44,496 nt of DNA, from positions 5,704 to 50,199 of the forward strand of contig DBCX01000037.1 of assembly GCA_002293275.1 (NCBI GenBank), written 5' to 3'. This DNA is from Cyanobacteria bacterium UBA947. GTDB lineage: Bacteria > Cyanobacteriota > Vampirovibrionia > Gastranaerophilales > Gastranaerophilaceae. Shown one piece after another: positions 7,844 to 17,337 of the stretch (within the stretch, counting starts at the first letter, position 1; each line of letters opens with the position of its first letter). A program made the position numbers and the translations under genes. The notes beneath the pieces were generated by a model. The model was not told the DNA's origin. It did no database searches and worked only from the letters and a program-made list of their open reading frames with translations.

Positions 7844-10800
7844 CTAAACCTTCTCACCCAGTTTGTGGTAGAGAATCAGTGAGTGGTCAATCTCGATATT
7901 CCCGCCGTCTTGTCTGACGATTGTGTTGCCACGGGTTACGTACTTGACTTTGTGCTTCGGTTCTTGACCCGGCTTCAAGTCCATCAAATCGTTGGCATCG
8001 TAGAATACAAGTCCGTCTCTTACCCCGCCCGGCAGCCCGTTGCACATGTTGATACATCCAAGCGACTTATGACCTTGTTTTCTTATCATAGAAACAGTCA
8101 TCGCGCCGTCAGTGCTTTGACGCAGAACGCCTGCGTGGCCCTCTTTATCCCAATCTGCCCATTTTGTGCTGTCGTTTGGCGCAAGAGTAAATACTGCACC
8201 ATCGTTGAGCGGTCTGAGCTCAGGCCGCGAGCGCAGTGTCATTATTTTCTTCAACTCTTTGTCCAATTTCGTGATGAAATCTTTTTCATCCGCTCCGCCT
8301 TCTGTCCATTCTGTATGCAACCGGGCGCGGTTTTGAACAAAGATATTTTTTGAGTCTGCTTCAAAACCTGTTGCACCGTACTGGTCACCGTCAAACAATG
8401 TCGGGAAGCCCGGCAGCGCAACCAATACCTTCATCATTTGTTTCAATTTTTCTGTCGCAGGTTTCAGAACCGCTTCAAACACTGCGTCCGCGACTTTTTT
8501 GCGGTCGCCGGTCTCGAACTCGTAACCGTTGTGTTCCATCTGATCCAGCACCAAATCAATAGTTATATCGAAAGGTTTTACGCCAAATCCTGTCGCATCA
8601 AATTCGTCGCCTTTGTAAAATCCTTTTGCCAAATCCGCAACAGCTGCTCTTGCCGCAGATTTCAGGTACTCCGGCTGGCTGTTAAAGCCGTTGTTTATCG
8701 CTTCACCCACCGCGATTGCTTTGGTTGAATATTCGTTGAACGGATAGTCAGCAGGCGGCCAGTCCTTGCCTTCAAGAACTTTGTACGCGCGTTTACGCAT
8801 CTCTGTGTTGCCCCTGTCCATCAATTTTGCGAAGAACAAGTCCATATCAATTGCAAGGCAGTGCAAAGACCGCGCCTTGTCGTGGTTGCCGATAAATGTA
8901 TACGAGTTAACCAAACCATCGTACAGGTCAGCGTTTAACATCTCTGCTAACGACTTGAATATATTGTTGTCGTCTATTCCGCCTTTTTCAAAGTTGCTGC
9001 TGAAGATTTGTGATACTGCGTGGAATAAGAAATTGTAATTTGCCGTGGTTGTTACACCGGTTGATGCAAGGAATTCGTGTTCCAATATAGGCGATATTGC
9101 ATCGGGGTTTGTGACTTCGGCCGCGATATAGGCGTTAGGATTCTCGTTTTTAACACCATCGGCAAACTTTTTCCAGAAATCAATTACCTGATTTGCCATA
9201 TCGTCACCCTGATTGAAACCGTTGCGCATGCCTTCCACATCGGCGATATCTTTTGCCGCATCAAGCCGCCAGTCAAGCCCCGCACCTGCACGGTCAACCA
9301 TAACCTGCGCCAAATCAAAACTTTTCGTGTTTGTGTTCGCAAACATCGTTGTAATCGCATCGGCAATCGGTTTTTTGTGGTCATCTTTAATACTGTTTAT
9401 TCCGTTTTTGATTTTTTTAGCAAGTGCGACGGCCTCACTCTGCGGTGAAAATTCTTTGACCCCGATGTCGTACAGCGTGTGTTTTTTCAACTCTTTGTAA
9501 TTGTAGGATATTTCGCCTGTTTCTTTATCAATGTTTACGGCCGCATCTTTGTGAAGCCCTTTGATTAGAGCGAACCGTGCGACTTCCGCGCTGATTATCG
9601 GCAATACGTATTTGCCGTACTCGGTTACCTTTTCAATAGTTTTGCCGTCTGCAAGCTTTTCGGTGATTGTGATCGGCTCGTTGAACTCCGCTTTGTTCAA
9701 AATATCTTTTGTCAATTTGAGCATCGCATCGGTGTAGATTGCATCCGTTGCTTTGTAAGATTTTTTGTATTCTTGCGGCAGTCCGGGGTATTGTCTTGCT
9801 GCCGTAGGATCTGCGGGGTTGTCCGCAAGGTACATATCATAACGCGATTTGCCCAAATCACGTACGTGCTGCGCGCGTTTGCTCATCAAAGGTGATGACA
9901 GAACACCTGATATCTCGTCCCCAACCTCAACCGAGTCAAGCGGAACCTCCATAAGACCTTTCAGAATTTGCTGGTCAAAAGCCATGTCAGGCTGCTCTTT
10001 GAGCTTGTAGTTGCCTTTGAGAACATTGTCAATTACCTCAAGCCCCATGATATTACTTGGAAGATTAGGGCTGCCTTCAATCTCGTGCAGAATTTTATTG
10101 GCATCTTTGGCAGTGCCATCCTCGTTTTCAGGGATGCCGATTTGCTGCGCTGCGTGCAGGTTCAAAACCTGGTCGGCTTTTTTTGTCCAGTACCGGCCGG
10201 CTGTTATCGCAAGATCCTGCACCTCAAAGTTTGCTCTGGCAAGCTTTTGTTTGTCGGCCTCAACATTGTATGAATTAATCAGGTCAAGAGCATCGGTGTT
10301 TGACGTAGTGTAATTCAATTTGAGGATATCAGGGTTGGCCTCCCACGTTTCAAATCCGCCTTCAAACTTTTCTTCCGCTTCCCAGGTGGTTGATTTCAGA
10401 AGCGCACGGGTCTCCTCGTAGTTGTACGCATCTTTTTCTTTCAGACCGGCACGTTTCATGTTGGTTCTTAAAATATGGTCTTCAAGTTCAAGGGTATACA
10501 AAATAACCGTGTCGTGGTGCGATATGATATCGAGCGGATTGTCAGGGTCTTTGTTGTAAGCTTCAATCAACTCTTTCTTTTTCAAGTCTTTCACCAGCCT
10601 GTTGTCGTAAATCTGGATATAATTTTTGCCGTGCTCTTTGACAATACGCGAGTTAATATGTTCTTGGTTGTGCTTGCTGAAAATACCGAGTTTCACGGGG
10701 TTGTCCAAATCCATTCTGAACCAGCCCGGAATAGGCGTGCGGTTGCCCCATCTCAAATTGTATTTGAAGTGGATACCTTCAAGCCCTTCGTTTACAAACG

Positions 10801-11527
10801 CGCCGTCAGCCGCCCAGTTAATTCCTTTGGCAAACATTTTTTCCAACATTGTTGCAAACTGGTTGATGCTGCCCATTGACTGGGTCATTTGCATAATATT
10901 TCTGGTCCAATAACCGTGGTGGGTGACCGGATCATCACCAAAAACAGGCAGCCCGACCACGCGCGAATACCCGTTGAGCTTGCCGTCATCCAAATCTTTT
11001 ATAATCCCCGCAATGCTGCCGCCGGATTTCATGGCGTAGTTTTTGTCTTTCAAAATGTTTTCATTCGGGACAATTTCGCCTTCTGCATTAAATACATAGT
11101 CGTTGTTAAGATCCGGTGCGATGAGCTTTTGGGCGCCGGCCTTGCCGGTGTAACCGTCAGGTACATAGTTGAACAAGCCGTAATCTCCTTGAACGATTTT
11201 TCCGGCTTCTGTTATGGGCCCTATTACCTTGCCTTCGTGGTCATACACAGGGTTGCCGTTTTTGTAGGTTTGGAGGTATCTGTATGCAAACGGCCCTTTT
11301 ATGCTTCCGACATAATTATTTGTGGAGTTGTCCAGCGGTACGGTTTTAAGAAGCTCACGAACCTTATAGCCGTCCTTGGTCTTTTCGGCTTTGCAAATTT
11401 CGACCGCAAAGTTGTACTTTTCATCGTCAAACGGATGGTTAAAAGTATAGACCTTCTCGCCGGTCGACGTTTTAACCTGCTTATATCCGCTAAAAGCAAC
11501 ATTGCTATTTATAGAACCGATTTTCAC
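7844..11527 (-). CDS. Giant GH13 (alpha-amylase superfamily)-like enzyme with a large internal insertion and an N-terminal tag
   Basis: GH13 conserved regions are present. Pre-region: GGSIAGIIKDLDDG...HHGYW. Region I: AADGAFVNE (aa ~241). Region II: GLDWRLDAAKD (aa ~751). Region III: YIAAEVT (aa ~800). Region IV: FIGNHDKAR (aa ~878). Later motif: LPGFPTLFDGDQYG. GTG start preceded by AGGGG. No signal peptide. Confidence 0.8.
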   Translation of the reverse strand: MKIGSINSNVAFSGYKQVKTSTGEKVYTFNHPFDDEKYNFAVEICKAEKTKDGYKVRELLKTVPLDNSTNNYVGSIKGPFAYRYLQTYKNGNPVYDHEGKVIGPITEAGKIVQGDYGLFNYVPDGYTGKAGAQKLIAPDLNNDYVFNAEGEIVPNENILKDKNYAMKSGGSIAGIIKDLDDGKLNGYSRVVGLPVFGDDPVTHHGYWTRNIMQMTQSMGSINQFATMLEKMFAKGINWAADGAFVNEGLEGIHFKYNLRWGNRTPIPGWFRMDLDNPVKLGIFSKHNQEHINSRIVKEHGKNYIQIYDNRLVKDLKKKELIEAYNKDPDNPLDIISHHDTVILYTLELEDHILRTNMKRAGLKEKDAYNYEETRALLKSTTWEAEEKFEGGFETWEANPDILKLNYTTSNTDALDLINSYNVEADKQKLARANFEVQDLAITAGRYWTKKADQVLNLHAAQQIGIPENEDGTAKDANKILHEIEGSPNLPSNIMGLEVIDNVLKGNYKLKEQPDMAFDQQILKGLMEVPLDSVEVGDEISGVLSSPLMSKRAQHVRDLGKSRYDMYLADNPADPTAARQYPGLPQEYKKSYKATDAIYTDAMLKLTKDILNKAEFNEPITITEKLADGKTIEKVTEYGKYVLPIISAEVARFALIKGLHKDAAVNIDKETGEISYNYKELKKHTLYDIGVKEFSPQSEAVALAKKIKNGINSIKDDHKKPIADAITTMFANTNTKSFDLAQVMVDRAGAGLDWRLDAAKDIADVEGMRNGFNQGDDMANQVIDFWKKFADGVKNENPNAYIAAEVTNPDAISPILEHEFLASTGVTTTANYNFLFHAVSQIFSSNFEKGGIDDNNIFKSLAEMLNADLYDGLVNSYTFIGNHDKARSLHCLAIDMDLFFAKLMDRGNTEMRKRAYKVLEGKDWPPADYPFNEYSTKAIAVGEAINNGFNSQPEYLKSAARAAVADLAKGFYKGDEFDATGFGVKPFDITIDLVLDQMEHNGYEFETGDRKKVADAVFEAVLKPATEKLKQMMKVLVALPGFPTLFDGDQYGATGFEADSKNIFVQNRARLHTEWTEGGADEKDFITKLDKELKKIMTLRSRPELRPLNDGAVFTLAPNDSTKWADWDKEGHAGVLRQSTDGAMTVSMIRKQGHKSLGCINMCNGLPGGVRDGLVFYDANDLMDLKPGQEPKHKVKYVTRGNTIVRQDGGNIEIDHSLILYHKLGEKV

Positions 11528-11613
11528 TTACATTAACCCCTACTATATATACATGTTAAAACGCATAAATCTAAAAATTGACTGATTTTTAACAATTGTT
11601 TACAAAAAAACAA

Positions 11614-12399
11614 TCAATTACGAATCCAGATTGTAAACACGACATTATCTTGTTCGGGCAGGATTTCAATCTCTTTCCCTCGCAAAATAACACCTGCGCC
11701 GTTGAAAAATTGAGCTTTCCTGTGGGATTTTTGTTTCAATATGTCAAACCCGTTGATGCTAAGAGGATTATTGATTGTTTTGCCGTCAATCTTAAATGTT
11801 TTGAAATCAATCTGTGCGCTGTCAAACCACCAGCCGTTTGGCGCCACGTAATCAACAATCCCGATAACAGGTCTGCCGTCGGTGGTCTTGAACCTAATCG
11901 TATCACCGATTTGGATTTGGTTGTGCGTGGTAGAAATCTTTTGAGCGGGCGAAATTCGCAGCGGCAGTTTGTCCGGTCTGCCGCCGTATTGGGCGAAAAA
12001 TTGCAGCTCTTGCCCGGGCTCAATATTAATCTCGCCGCCGCGGATTAGCGACCAGTTCAGCTGGGCGTTTTCGGCAAACTCACCGACCTGTGCGTGCGAG
12101 TTACCGTTAAGATGCAGGCTGCCTTTGATATTGCGCGTGCCGTCCGTAAAGTTCCCGACAATAACGCGCGCCTCCTGCACGGAAAAATCGTTTGGCTCGT
12201 ACTCCATGACAGTACCGGTAATAATAGTGCCTTTTTTGAACTCGCCGGTATCGCCTGTTACCTTGAAATCAACATTATCGCCTTCTGACAATGGTTTTGA
12301 GGTGGAAAACTCTGCCACCGGCGTGATTTTAAGCAGAACCTCCTGCGCGCATGCCGGCATGCACAATAACATCAGTACTAAAAGAATTAACCGTCTCAT
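11614..12399 (-). CDS. Secreted hypothetical protein
   Basis: Signal peptide MRRLILLVLMLLCMPACAQE. Beta-rich sequence with internally similar halves. Its ATG overlaps the upstream M48 gene stop (ATGA). Confidence 0.7.
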   Translation of the reverse strand: MRRLILLVLMLLCMPACAQEVLLKITPVAEFSTSKPLSEGDNVDFKVTGDTGEFKKGTIITGTVMEYEPNDFSVQEARVIVGNFTDGTRNIKGSLHLNGNSHAQVGEFAENAQLNWSLIRGGEINIEPGQELQFFAQYGGRPDKLPLRISPAQKISTTHNQIQIGDTIRFKTTDGRPVIGIVDYVAPNGWWFDSAQIDFKTFKIDGKTINNPLSINGFDILKQKSHRKAQFFNGAGVILRGKEIEILPEQDNVVFTIWIRN

Positions 12400-13061
12400 A
12401 TCGCCTCGTGTCTGCGTTGCTTTTGCTGCTGCTTGAATTTTTGGATTTCTTTGCTTTGCGAGCTCAAAAAGTTTTGATAAATAATATTGTTTGTCATAGA
12501 CGAACTCAGGTATTGCGGGTATTTGACGTAGATATATTTATACATTTCAAGCATTCTTTTTGAGCCTTGCGGGTGGGTGCTGAGCCAGTCCATGCGCGGC
12601 TCGCCGTTAACCTTGTCCGCAGCGATTATTGCTGCAATCGGGTTGTAGCCCGCTTTTACCATATAATCTATTCCGTTAAGGTCGGCCTTGTATTCGTATT
12701 TTTTGCTGTTAAAGTTCATCGCCCAAACCTTCAAAGCTCCGCCGTAGGCCTCCATTGCGTGGGAAAGCTCGTGCGAAAGGACATAGGCATACTCGTCATC
12801 GTTATCAAGATAGGGCAAAATCCCCGTGTAAATGGTTACTTCTTTGCTGATAAACTGCGCGCTGGCGTTGACAACTTTGTTATTCGGGACAACAAAAATC
12901 GGTGCGCGTTTCAGGTTATTGGCCCGAATTATTTTGTAGCCGATTTCGTGCGCCTCTTTTACCTGTTTTGAAAGCTGGGTTGAGCTGACAAGCTCAATGT
13001 TGACCGCGAACGCGTCTGTCCCTGCAAACATCAAACATAATAATAAAACAATCTTTTTCAT
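12396..13061 (-). CDS. M48-family zinc metallopeptidase (secreted/periplasmic)
   Basis: Signal peptide MKKIVLLLCLMFAGTDAFA, HExxH motif (SHELSHAME), and a strong GGAGGAG Shine-Dalgarno. Confidence 0.8.
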   Translation of the reverse strand: MKKIVLLLCLMFAGTDAFAVNIELVSSTQLSKQVKEAHEIGYKIIRANNLKRAPIFVVPNNKVVNASAQFISKEVTIYTGILPYLDNDDEYAYVLSHELSHAMEAYGGALKVWAMNFNSKKYEYKADLNGIDYMVKAGYNPIAAIIAADKVNGEPRMDWLSTHPQGSKRMLEMYKYIYVKYPQYLSSSMTNNIIYQNFLSSQSKEIQKFKQQQKQRRHEAI

Positions 13062-13102
13062 AATCTCCTCCTTTTTAATAATATTTATGTTATACTAAAA
13101 AT

Positions 13103-13585
13103 ATGAAAATTGCAATTTACCCGGGAAGTTTTGACCCGATTACAAAAGGACACCTTGATGTGCTGCACACCGCGGCACAAATCTTTGATAAAGTTATTAT
13201 CGCGGTTGCAAAAAACAGTGCAAAAAACGGGTTTTTAACAATTGACGAGCGTTTGGAGCTTATCAAGGCGAGCATCGGCGATTTGCAAAACGTTGAGGCC
13301 GACGCGTTTGAGGGTTTGACAATCAATTATGCAAAGCAAAAGGGCGCGCATGTTCTGATTCGCGGGCTGCGAGCGGTTTCGGATTTTGAGTACGAGATGC
13401 AGCTGTCCCAGACAAATTCGGCGCTGTCTGATGAGATTAAGACAATATTTTTGATTACAAAGCCCGAATACAACTTCATTTCATCCGGCACTGTTCAAGA
13501 GGTTATGCGCAACGGCGGCAAGATTGCGAAGTTTGTACCTGCGGCCGTTGATAATTATTTGACACAAAAATATAAGCATGTATAA
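13103..13585 (+). CDS. coaD: Phosphopantetheine adenylyltransferase
   Basis: 160 aa with the N-terminal motif YPGSFDPITKGHLDV. Confidence 0.95.
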   Translation: MKIAIYPGSFDPITKGHLDVLHTAAQIFDKVIIAVAKNSAKNGFLTIDERLELIKASIGDLQNVEADAFEGLTINYAKQKGAHVLIRGLRAVSDFEYEMQLSQTNSALSDEIKTIFLITKPEYNFISSGTVQEVMRNGGKIAKFVPAAVDNYLTQKYKHV

Positions 13586-13609
13586 TGTTGGTAAAAGGAC
13601 TTTTAAAAT

Positions 13610-14197
13610 ATGCAGCAAAACGGAGTTTTTGATTTACTAAGATTACTGGAAATGACGCTTGAAGAAAGCTTCCCGCTCATTCCGGGCAGGTTTGCCGTGG
13701 TAAAACCGAAGGAAATTGAATTGTTGATTGACAGAATTTACGGTGCGCTGCCAATGGAAGTCCAGGAGGCCAAAGCGTTGCTGTTACGGCGTGACGAGCT
13801 GCAGGCTGAGGCACAATACAAGGCTGAAAAAATTGTCATGGACGCGCAGGCCGAGGCCGAGCGCAAACTGTCCGAGGCGGATTTTATCAAGGCATTAGAG
13901 CGCGAAGGCGCGCGGATTCGGGTTCAGGTTCAGGAAGAATGCGAAGAAATCAAACGCACGGCGATGGAAGAGGCGAACATGATTCGCAGCGGCGCAGCTG
14001 ACGAGGCTGTGAAAATCCGTCAGGGTGCAGAGGTTTATGCGCAGCAGGTGCTTGATAATTTGGAGCGCGACTTGACACAATTGCAGCAGATTGTCAAGAA
14101 CGGTCAGGCTTATATGGAAAAACTCCGCGGGGAGAGCCAGCCGCAGGCCGCGTTGAACGAAAAGGCCGCAAAAGCCGCCGATTTTGTTATTAAATAA
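13610..14197 (+). CDS. Coiled-coil hypothetical protein (ATPase b/G-subunit-like charged helix)
   Basis: 195-aa E/A/Q/K/R-rich ORF (EAQYKAEKIVMDAQAEAERKL...) starting 24 nt after coaD. Confidence 0.65.
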   Translation: MQQNGVFDLLRLLEMTLEESFPLIPGRFAVVKPKEIELLIDRIYGALPMEVQEAKALLLRRDELQAEAQYKAEKIVMDAQAEAERKLSEADFIKALEREGARIRVQVQEECEEIKRTAMEEANMIRSGAADEAVKIRQGAEVYAQQVLDNLERDLTQLQQIVKNGQAYMEKLRGESQPQAALNEKAAKAADFVIK

Positions 14198-14255
14198 CGG
14201 TTGACAATTGATTTTTTTTGATTATTATAATTATTATAAAAACCGAAGAAAATAT

Positions 14256-14278
14256 GCGCCTTGTAAGGGCGCTTTTTT
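14256..14278 (+). terminator. Rho-independent terminator-like hairpin
   Basis: GCGCCTT-GTA-AGGGCGC stem-loop followed by TTTTTT. It lies between the coiled-coil gene and rpmG. Confidence 0.5.
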
Positions 14279-14296
14279 AAAGAAAAGGAAAACAAC

Positions 14297-14464
14297 ATGG
14301 GTATCAAAGGCCGAGTAGACAAAATGGTAGTTCTTGCATGCGAAGAATGCAAGGAGCGCAATTACACCACAATCAAGAACAAAAAGAACCACAAAGACAG
14401 AATGGAGCTTAAAAAATACTGCCCGAGCTGTCAAAAACACATGCCGCACAAAGAGACGAAATAG
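14297..14464 (+). CDS. rpmG: 50S ribosomal protein L33
   Basis: 55-aa ORF absent from the track because it is under 60 aa: [55 protein letters not shown]. It has CxxC...CxxC zinc knuckles and the canonical position upstream of tRNA-Trp and secE. Confidence 0.9.
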   Translation: MGIKGRVDKMVVLACEECKERNYTTIKNKKNHKDRMELKKYCPSCQKHMPHKETK

Positions 14465-14470
14465 ACTTTT

Positions 14471-14543
14471 GCGTCCTTAGTTCAGTTGGTAGAACGGTGG
14501 TCTCCAAAGCCGCATGTCGGAGGTTCGAGTCCTTCAGGGCGCG
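14471..14543 (+). tRNA. trnW: tRNA-Trp (anticodon CCA)
   Basis: Hand-folded cloverleaf. Acceptor stem GCGTCCT/AGGGCGC, D arm GTTC..GAAC, anticodon loop CTCCAAA, T arm GGAGG-TTCGAGT-CCTTC. No encoded CCA. Confidence 0.9.
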
Positions 14544-14609
14544 ATTTAGAAAAGGGGCCCGGGTTGGGTAAAAGTCAAGACCCGCCGGCATTCCCCCCGA
14601 AAGGAAAAA

Positions 14610-14795
14610 ATGAACACAGAAGCAATCAAAACATATTTTAAAGGTATAAGGGCCGAATGGGGCAAAATTACCTGGCCGCAAAGACGGCAAGTTGTCGGCG
14701 AAACGATTTTTGTTGTCGGGATTGTGTTTGTGTTTACGGTAGCGATTTATTTGATAGATGTAGTGTTCAAGGGCGTATTTGGACTTATAAAATAA
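14610..14795 (+). CDS. secE: Preprotein translocase subunit SecE
   Basis: 61 aa with a single C-terminal TM helix and the KxEWxKITWP motif. Lies upstream of nusG. Confidence 0.9.
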   Translation: MNTEAIKTYFKGIRAEWGKITWPQRRQVVGETIFVVGIVFVFTVAIYLIDVVFKGVFGLIK

Positions 14796-14805
14796 GGAAA
14801 AGATA

Positions 14806-15429
14806 ATGGTAAAAAAAGAAAAATCAATGGAAGAAATTTTGGACGAGCAAAAAGAGGTTGAGGTTGTAGAGAAAAAGTCGGCTCCTGCCGCGTCCGAGAA
14901 AAAAGACCAGAAACGCTGGTATATCGTCCACACGTACTCCGGGCACGAGAACAAGGTTAAGGTCAACCTGGAAAAACGTATTGAGTATATGAATATGGGC
15001 GAGAAGATTTTCCGCGTGGAAGTGCCGCAAAAAACGATTACCCAGCTGAAAGCCGGCAAAAAACAGGAAAAAGAAGAAAAGATTTTCCCCGGGTATGTGC
15101 TTGTTGAGATGATTATGGACGAGGACAGCTGGTATGTTGTGCGCCACACAGCGGGTGTTACAAAATTCGTCGGTTCGGCGAAAAAACCCATCCCTGCGCG
15201 CGACAGCGAGATTAAAAAGATTATCAACCGCTCCACATCAACCGTCACAAAAGTTGAGCTTGATGTTAAGGCGGGCGATAAAGTGCGGATTATTTCCGGG
15301 CCGTTTGCAGACTTTATCGGCGATATTGTTGAGGTTTATCCTGACAAATCCAAGCTGCGCGCGAACGTTTCAATCTTTGGCCGTGAAACGCCGGTTGAGT
15401 TAGAATACAAACAAATTAACAAATTATAA
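14806..15429 (+). CDS. nusG: Transcription termination/antitermination factor NusG
   Basis: NGN motif [15 protein letters not shown] and a C-terminal KOW ([21 protein letters not shown]). Has an acidic/lysine-rich N-terminal extension. Confidence 0.95.
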   Translation: MVKKEKSMEEILDEQKEVEVVEKKSAPAASEKKDQKRWYIVHTYSGHENKVKVNLEKRIEYMNMGEKIFRVEVPQKTITQLKAGKKQEKEEKIFPGYVLVEMIMDEDSWYVVRHTAGVTKFVGSAKKPIPARDSEIKKIINRSTSTVTKVELDVKAGDKVRIISGPFADFIGDIVEVYPDKSKLRANVSIFGRETPVELEYKQINKL

Positions 15430-15434
15430 TAAAT

Positions 15435-15472
15435 GGGAGAGCGAAAGCTCGTTAGCACCAAGAAAGGACAAG
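15435..15472 (+). promoter_or_regulatory. Candidate ribosomal-protein L1 leader-like hairpin upstream of rplK
   Basis: Sequence GGGAGAGCGAAAGCTCGTTAGCACCAAGAAAGGA, with a GAGC-GAAA-GCTC hairpin. It parallels the element upstream of rplA. Confidence 0.4.
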
Positions 15473-15475
15473 ACA

Positions 15476-15904
15476 ATGGCACCAAAAAAAGTAGTAGGAA
15501 AAATTAAGCTCCAAATCGAGGCGGGTAAAGCAAACCCGTCACCGCCGGTTGGTCCCGCGCTGGGTCAGCACGGTGTGAACATTATGGATTTTTGCAAACA
15601 GTTCAACGCAAAAACCGAAAGCCAGCCGGGGTATATTATCCCTGTTGTGATTGACGTTTACGAGGACAGAAGTTTTGATTTCGTGACAAAATCACCGCCG
15701 GCACCGGTTTTGATTAAAAAAGCTATCGGGATTGAAAAGGGTTCTGCCGTACCGAACAAAGACAAGGTTGGCACAATCACGCAAGCCCAGCTTGAAGAAA
15801 TCGCAAAAACAAAAATGGATGACTTGAACGCGACAACCACAGAGGCTGCGGTGAAAATGATAGCCGGATCCGCGCGTGCGATGGGCGTCACAGTCGAAGG
15901 TTAG
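15476..15904 (+). CDS. rplK: 50S ribosomal protein L11
   Basis: 142 aa with [22 protein letters not shown]. Confidence 0.97.
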   Translation: MAPKKVVGKIKLQIEAGKANPSPPVGPALGQHGVNIMDFCKQFNAKTESQPGYIIPVVIDVYEDRSFDFVTKSPPAPVLIKKAIGIEKGSAVPNKDKVGTITQAQLEEIAKTKMDDLNATTTEAAVKMIAGSARAMGVTVEG

Positions 15905-15912
15905 TAATTATT

Positions 15913-15950
15913 GGGAGGGCGTCGAGCCCGCTGGTACCAAGAAAGGATAA
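15913..15950 (+). promoter_or_regulatory. Candidate ribosomal-protein L1 leader-like hairpin upstream of rplA
   Basis: Sequence GGGAGGGCGTCGAGCCCGCTGGTACCAAGAAAGGA, with a GGGC-GTCGA-GCCC hairpin. It has the same flanks as the rplK copy and base-pair covariation in the stem. Confidence 0.4.
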
Positions 15951-15953
15951 AAA

Positions 15954-16676
15954 ATGAAATTAACTAAAAAACAAAAGAAAACGGCCGAGATGTTGGAGGG
16001 GTTTGTTCAACCGGCAACGGCTGCGGATGCGATTAAAAAATTGCAGGAAATCGCGAAAGAAACATCTAAATTCAACGAAACGGTTGAATTCCATGCACGG
16101 CTGGGGATTGACGTTCGTCAGGCTGATCAGCAAATCCGTTCAACCACGGTATTGCCGGCAGGTTTGGGTAAAACAATCCGCGTAGCGGTTGTGGCAAAAG
16201 GCGCCAAAGCGACCGAGGCAAAAGATGCGGGTGCGGATTTTTACGGCGAGGACGATTTGATTGATAAAATCGCGGGCGGCTGGTTTGAGTTTGATACGCT
16301 TATCGCAACGCCCGATATGATGGGCGCGCTGGGTAAAATAGGCCGCGTGCTTGGTCCAAAAGGCTTGATGCCGAACCCGAAAACAGGTACGGTGACGCTT
16401 GATATCGCGCGTGCCGTAAAAGATGCCAAAGCCGGTAAAGTTGAGTTCCGTGCGGATAAGCAAGGTATGATTCACGTTCCGATTGGCAAGGTTCAGTTTG
16501 CCGAAAAAGACCTGATGGTGAACTTTTCCACTCTGGCGGATGCGATTTTGAAAGCGAAACCGTCTGCTGCGAAAGGTACTTACGTCAAATCAGCTTATAT
16601 TGCGACAACGATGGGACCGGGGATTAAACTTGACCCAAAAAACATCGCGGCGGAAATTAAAGAGTTCGTATCATAG
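15954..16676 (+). CDS. rplA: 50S ribosomal protein L1
   Basis: 240 aa with typical L1 sequence ([14 protein letters not shown]..., [16 protein letters not shown]). Confidence 0.97.
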   Translation: MKLTKKQKKTAEMLEGFVQPATAADAIKKLQEIAKETSKFNETVEFHARLGIDVRQADQQIRSTTVLPAGLGKTIRVAVVAKGAKATEAKDAGADFYGEDDLIDKIAGGWFEFDTLIATPDMMGALGKIGRVLGPKGLMPNPKTGTVTLDIARAVKDAKAGKVEFRADKQGMIHVPIGKVQFAEKDLMVNFSTLADAILKAKPSAAKGTYVKSAYIATTMGPGIKLDPKNIAAEIKEFVS

Positions 16677-16686
16677 AGCACACATC

Positions 16687-16714
16687 ACCGCACACCTGAT
16701 GCGCGGTCTTTGTT
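16687..16714 (+). terminator. Possible terminator after rplA
   Basis: ACCGCACA-CCTGA-TGCGCGGT hairpin with one mismatch, followed by CTTTGTT. The T-tract is weak. Confidence 0.35.
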
Positions 16715-16734
16715 AAAATTTATGAGGATTAAAA

Positions 16735-17337
16735 ATGTTCATCACGTTTGAAGGTGCGGACGGCTGCGGGAAAACCACGCAGTTGAAGCTGGCCGCGCAA
16801 TATCTGGAAAGTCAAGGCAAACAGGTCGTTGTGACGCGCGAGCCCGGGTCAACGGGTTTGGGGGTGCAGCTGCGCGAGATTTTGCTCGGGTACGATGGCG
16901 AAGTTTCATCACGTGCGGAGCAGTTCTTGTTTTTGGCTGACCGTGCGCAGCATGTTGATATGGTGATAAAACCGGCGCTTGCCGCGGGCAAAATCGTGTT
17001 GTGCGACAGGCATACCGACTCAACCACCGCGTACCAAGGGTACGGTCGCGGACTTAATTTGGAGCGGATTGATTATTTGAACAATATCACAACGGACGGG
17101 TTAAAACCGGATTTGACGATTGTTTTTGACGTGGATATTGAGACCTCGGCTGCACGTGTCGGCGCGCAAAAAGATCGGATGGAATCCGCCGGTACCGGGT
17201 TTTTCAACCGCGTGCGCCAAGGATATTTGGAGATTGCAAAACGCGAGCCGAGCCGCGTGAAAGTCGTTGATGCGGCGCGTTCAATCGAGCAAGTTCACTC
17301 TGATATTACGTCTATTATAGGCAAATCCTTGAACTGA
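16735..17337 (+). CDS. tmk: Thymidylate kinase
   Basis: P-loop FEGADGCGKTTQ and a DRHTDST motif. Confidence 0.93.
   Translation: MFITFEGADGCGKTTQLKLAAQYLESQGKQVVVTREPGSTGLGVQLREILLGYDGEVSSRAEQFLFLADRAQHVDMVIKPALAAGKIVLCDRHTDSTTAYQGYGRGLNLERIDYLNNITTDGLKPDLTIVFDVDIETSAARVGAQKDRMESAGTGFFNRVRQGYLEIAKREPSRVKVVDAARSIEQVHSDITSIIGKSLN

Noticed and set aside
7810-7849. GTTTAGG...CCTAAAC inverted repeat after the 513-aa gene as a terminator
   Set aside because: It has only 7 bp with a ~26-nt loop, overlaps the stop codon of the convergent GH13-like gene, and has no T-tract. It is too weak to call.
14409-15248. 279-aa minus-strand ORF spanning the rpmG 3' end, tRNA-Trp, secE and nusG
   Set aside because: It runs antisense to well-supported conserved genes and a tRNA. 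The sequence is low-complexity (F/S/I-rich) with no motif. It is a typical shadow ORF.
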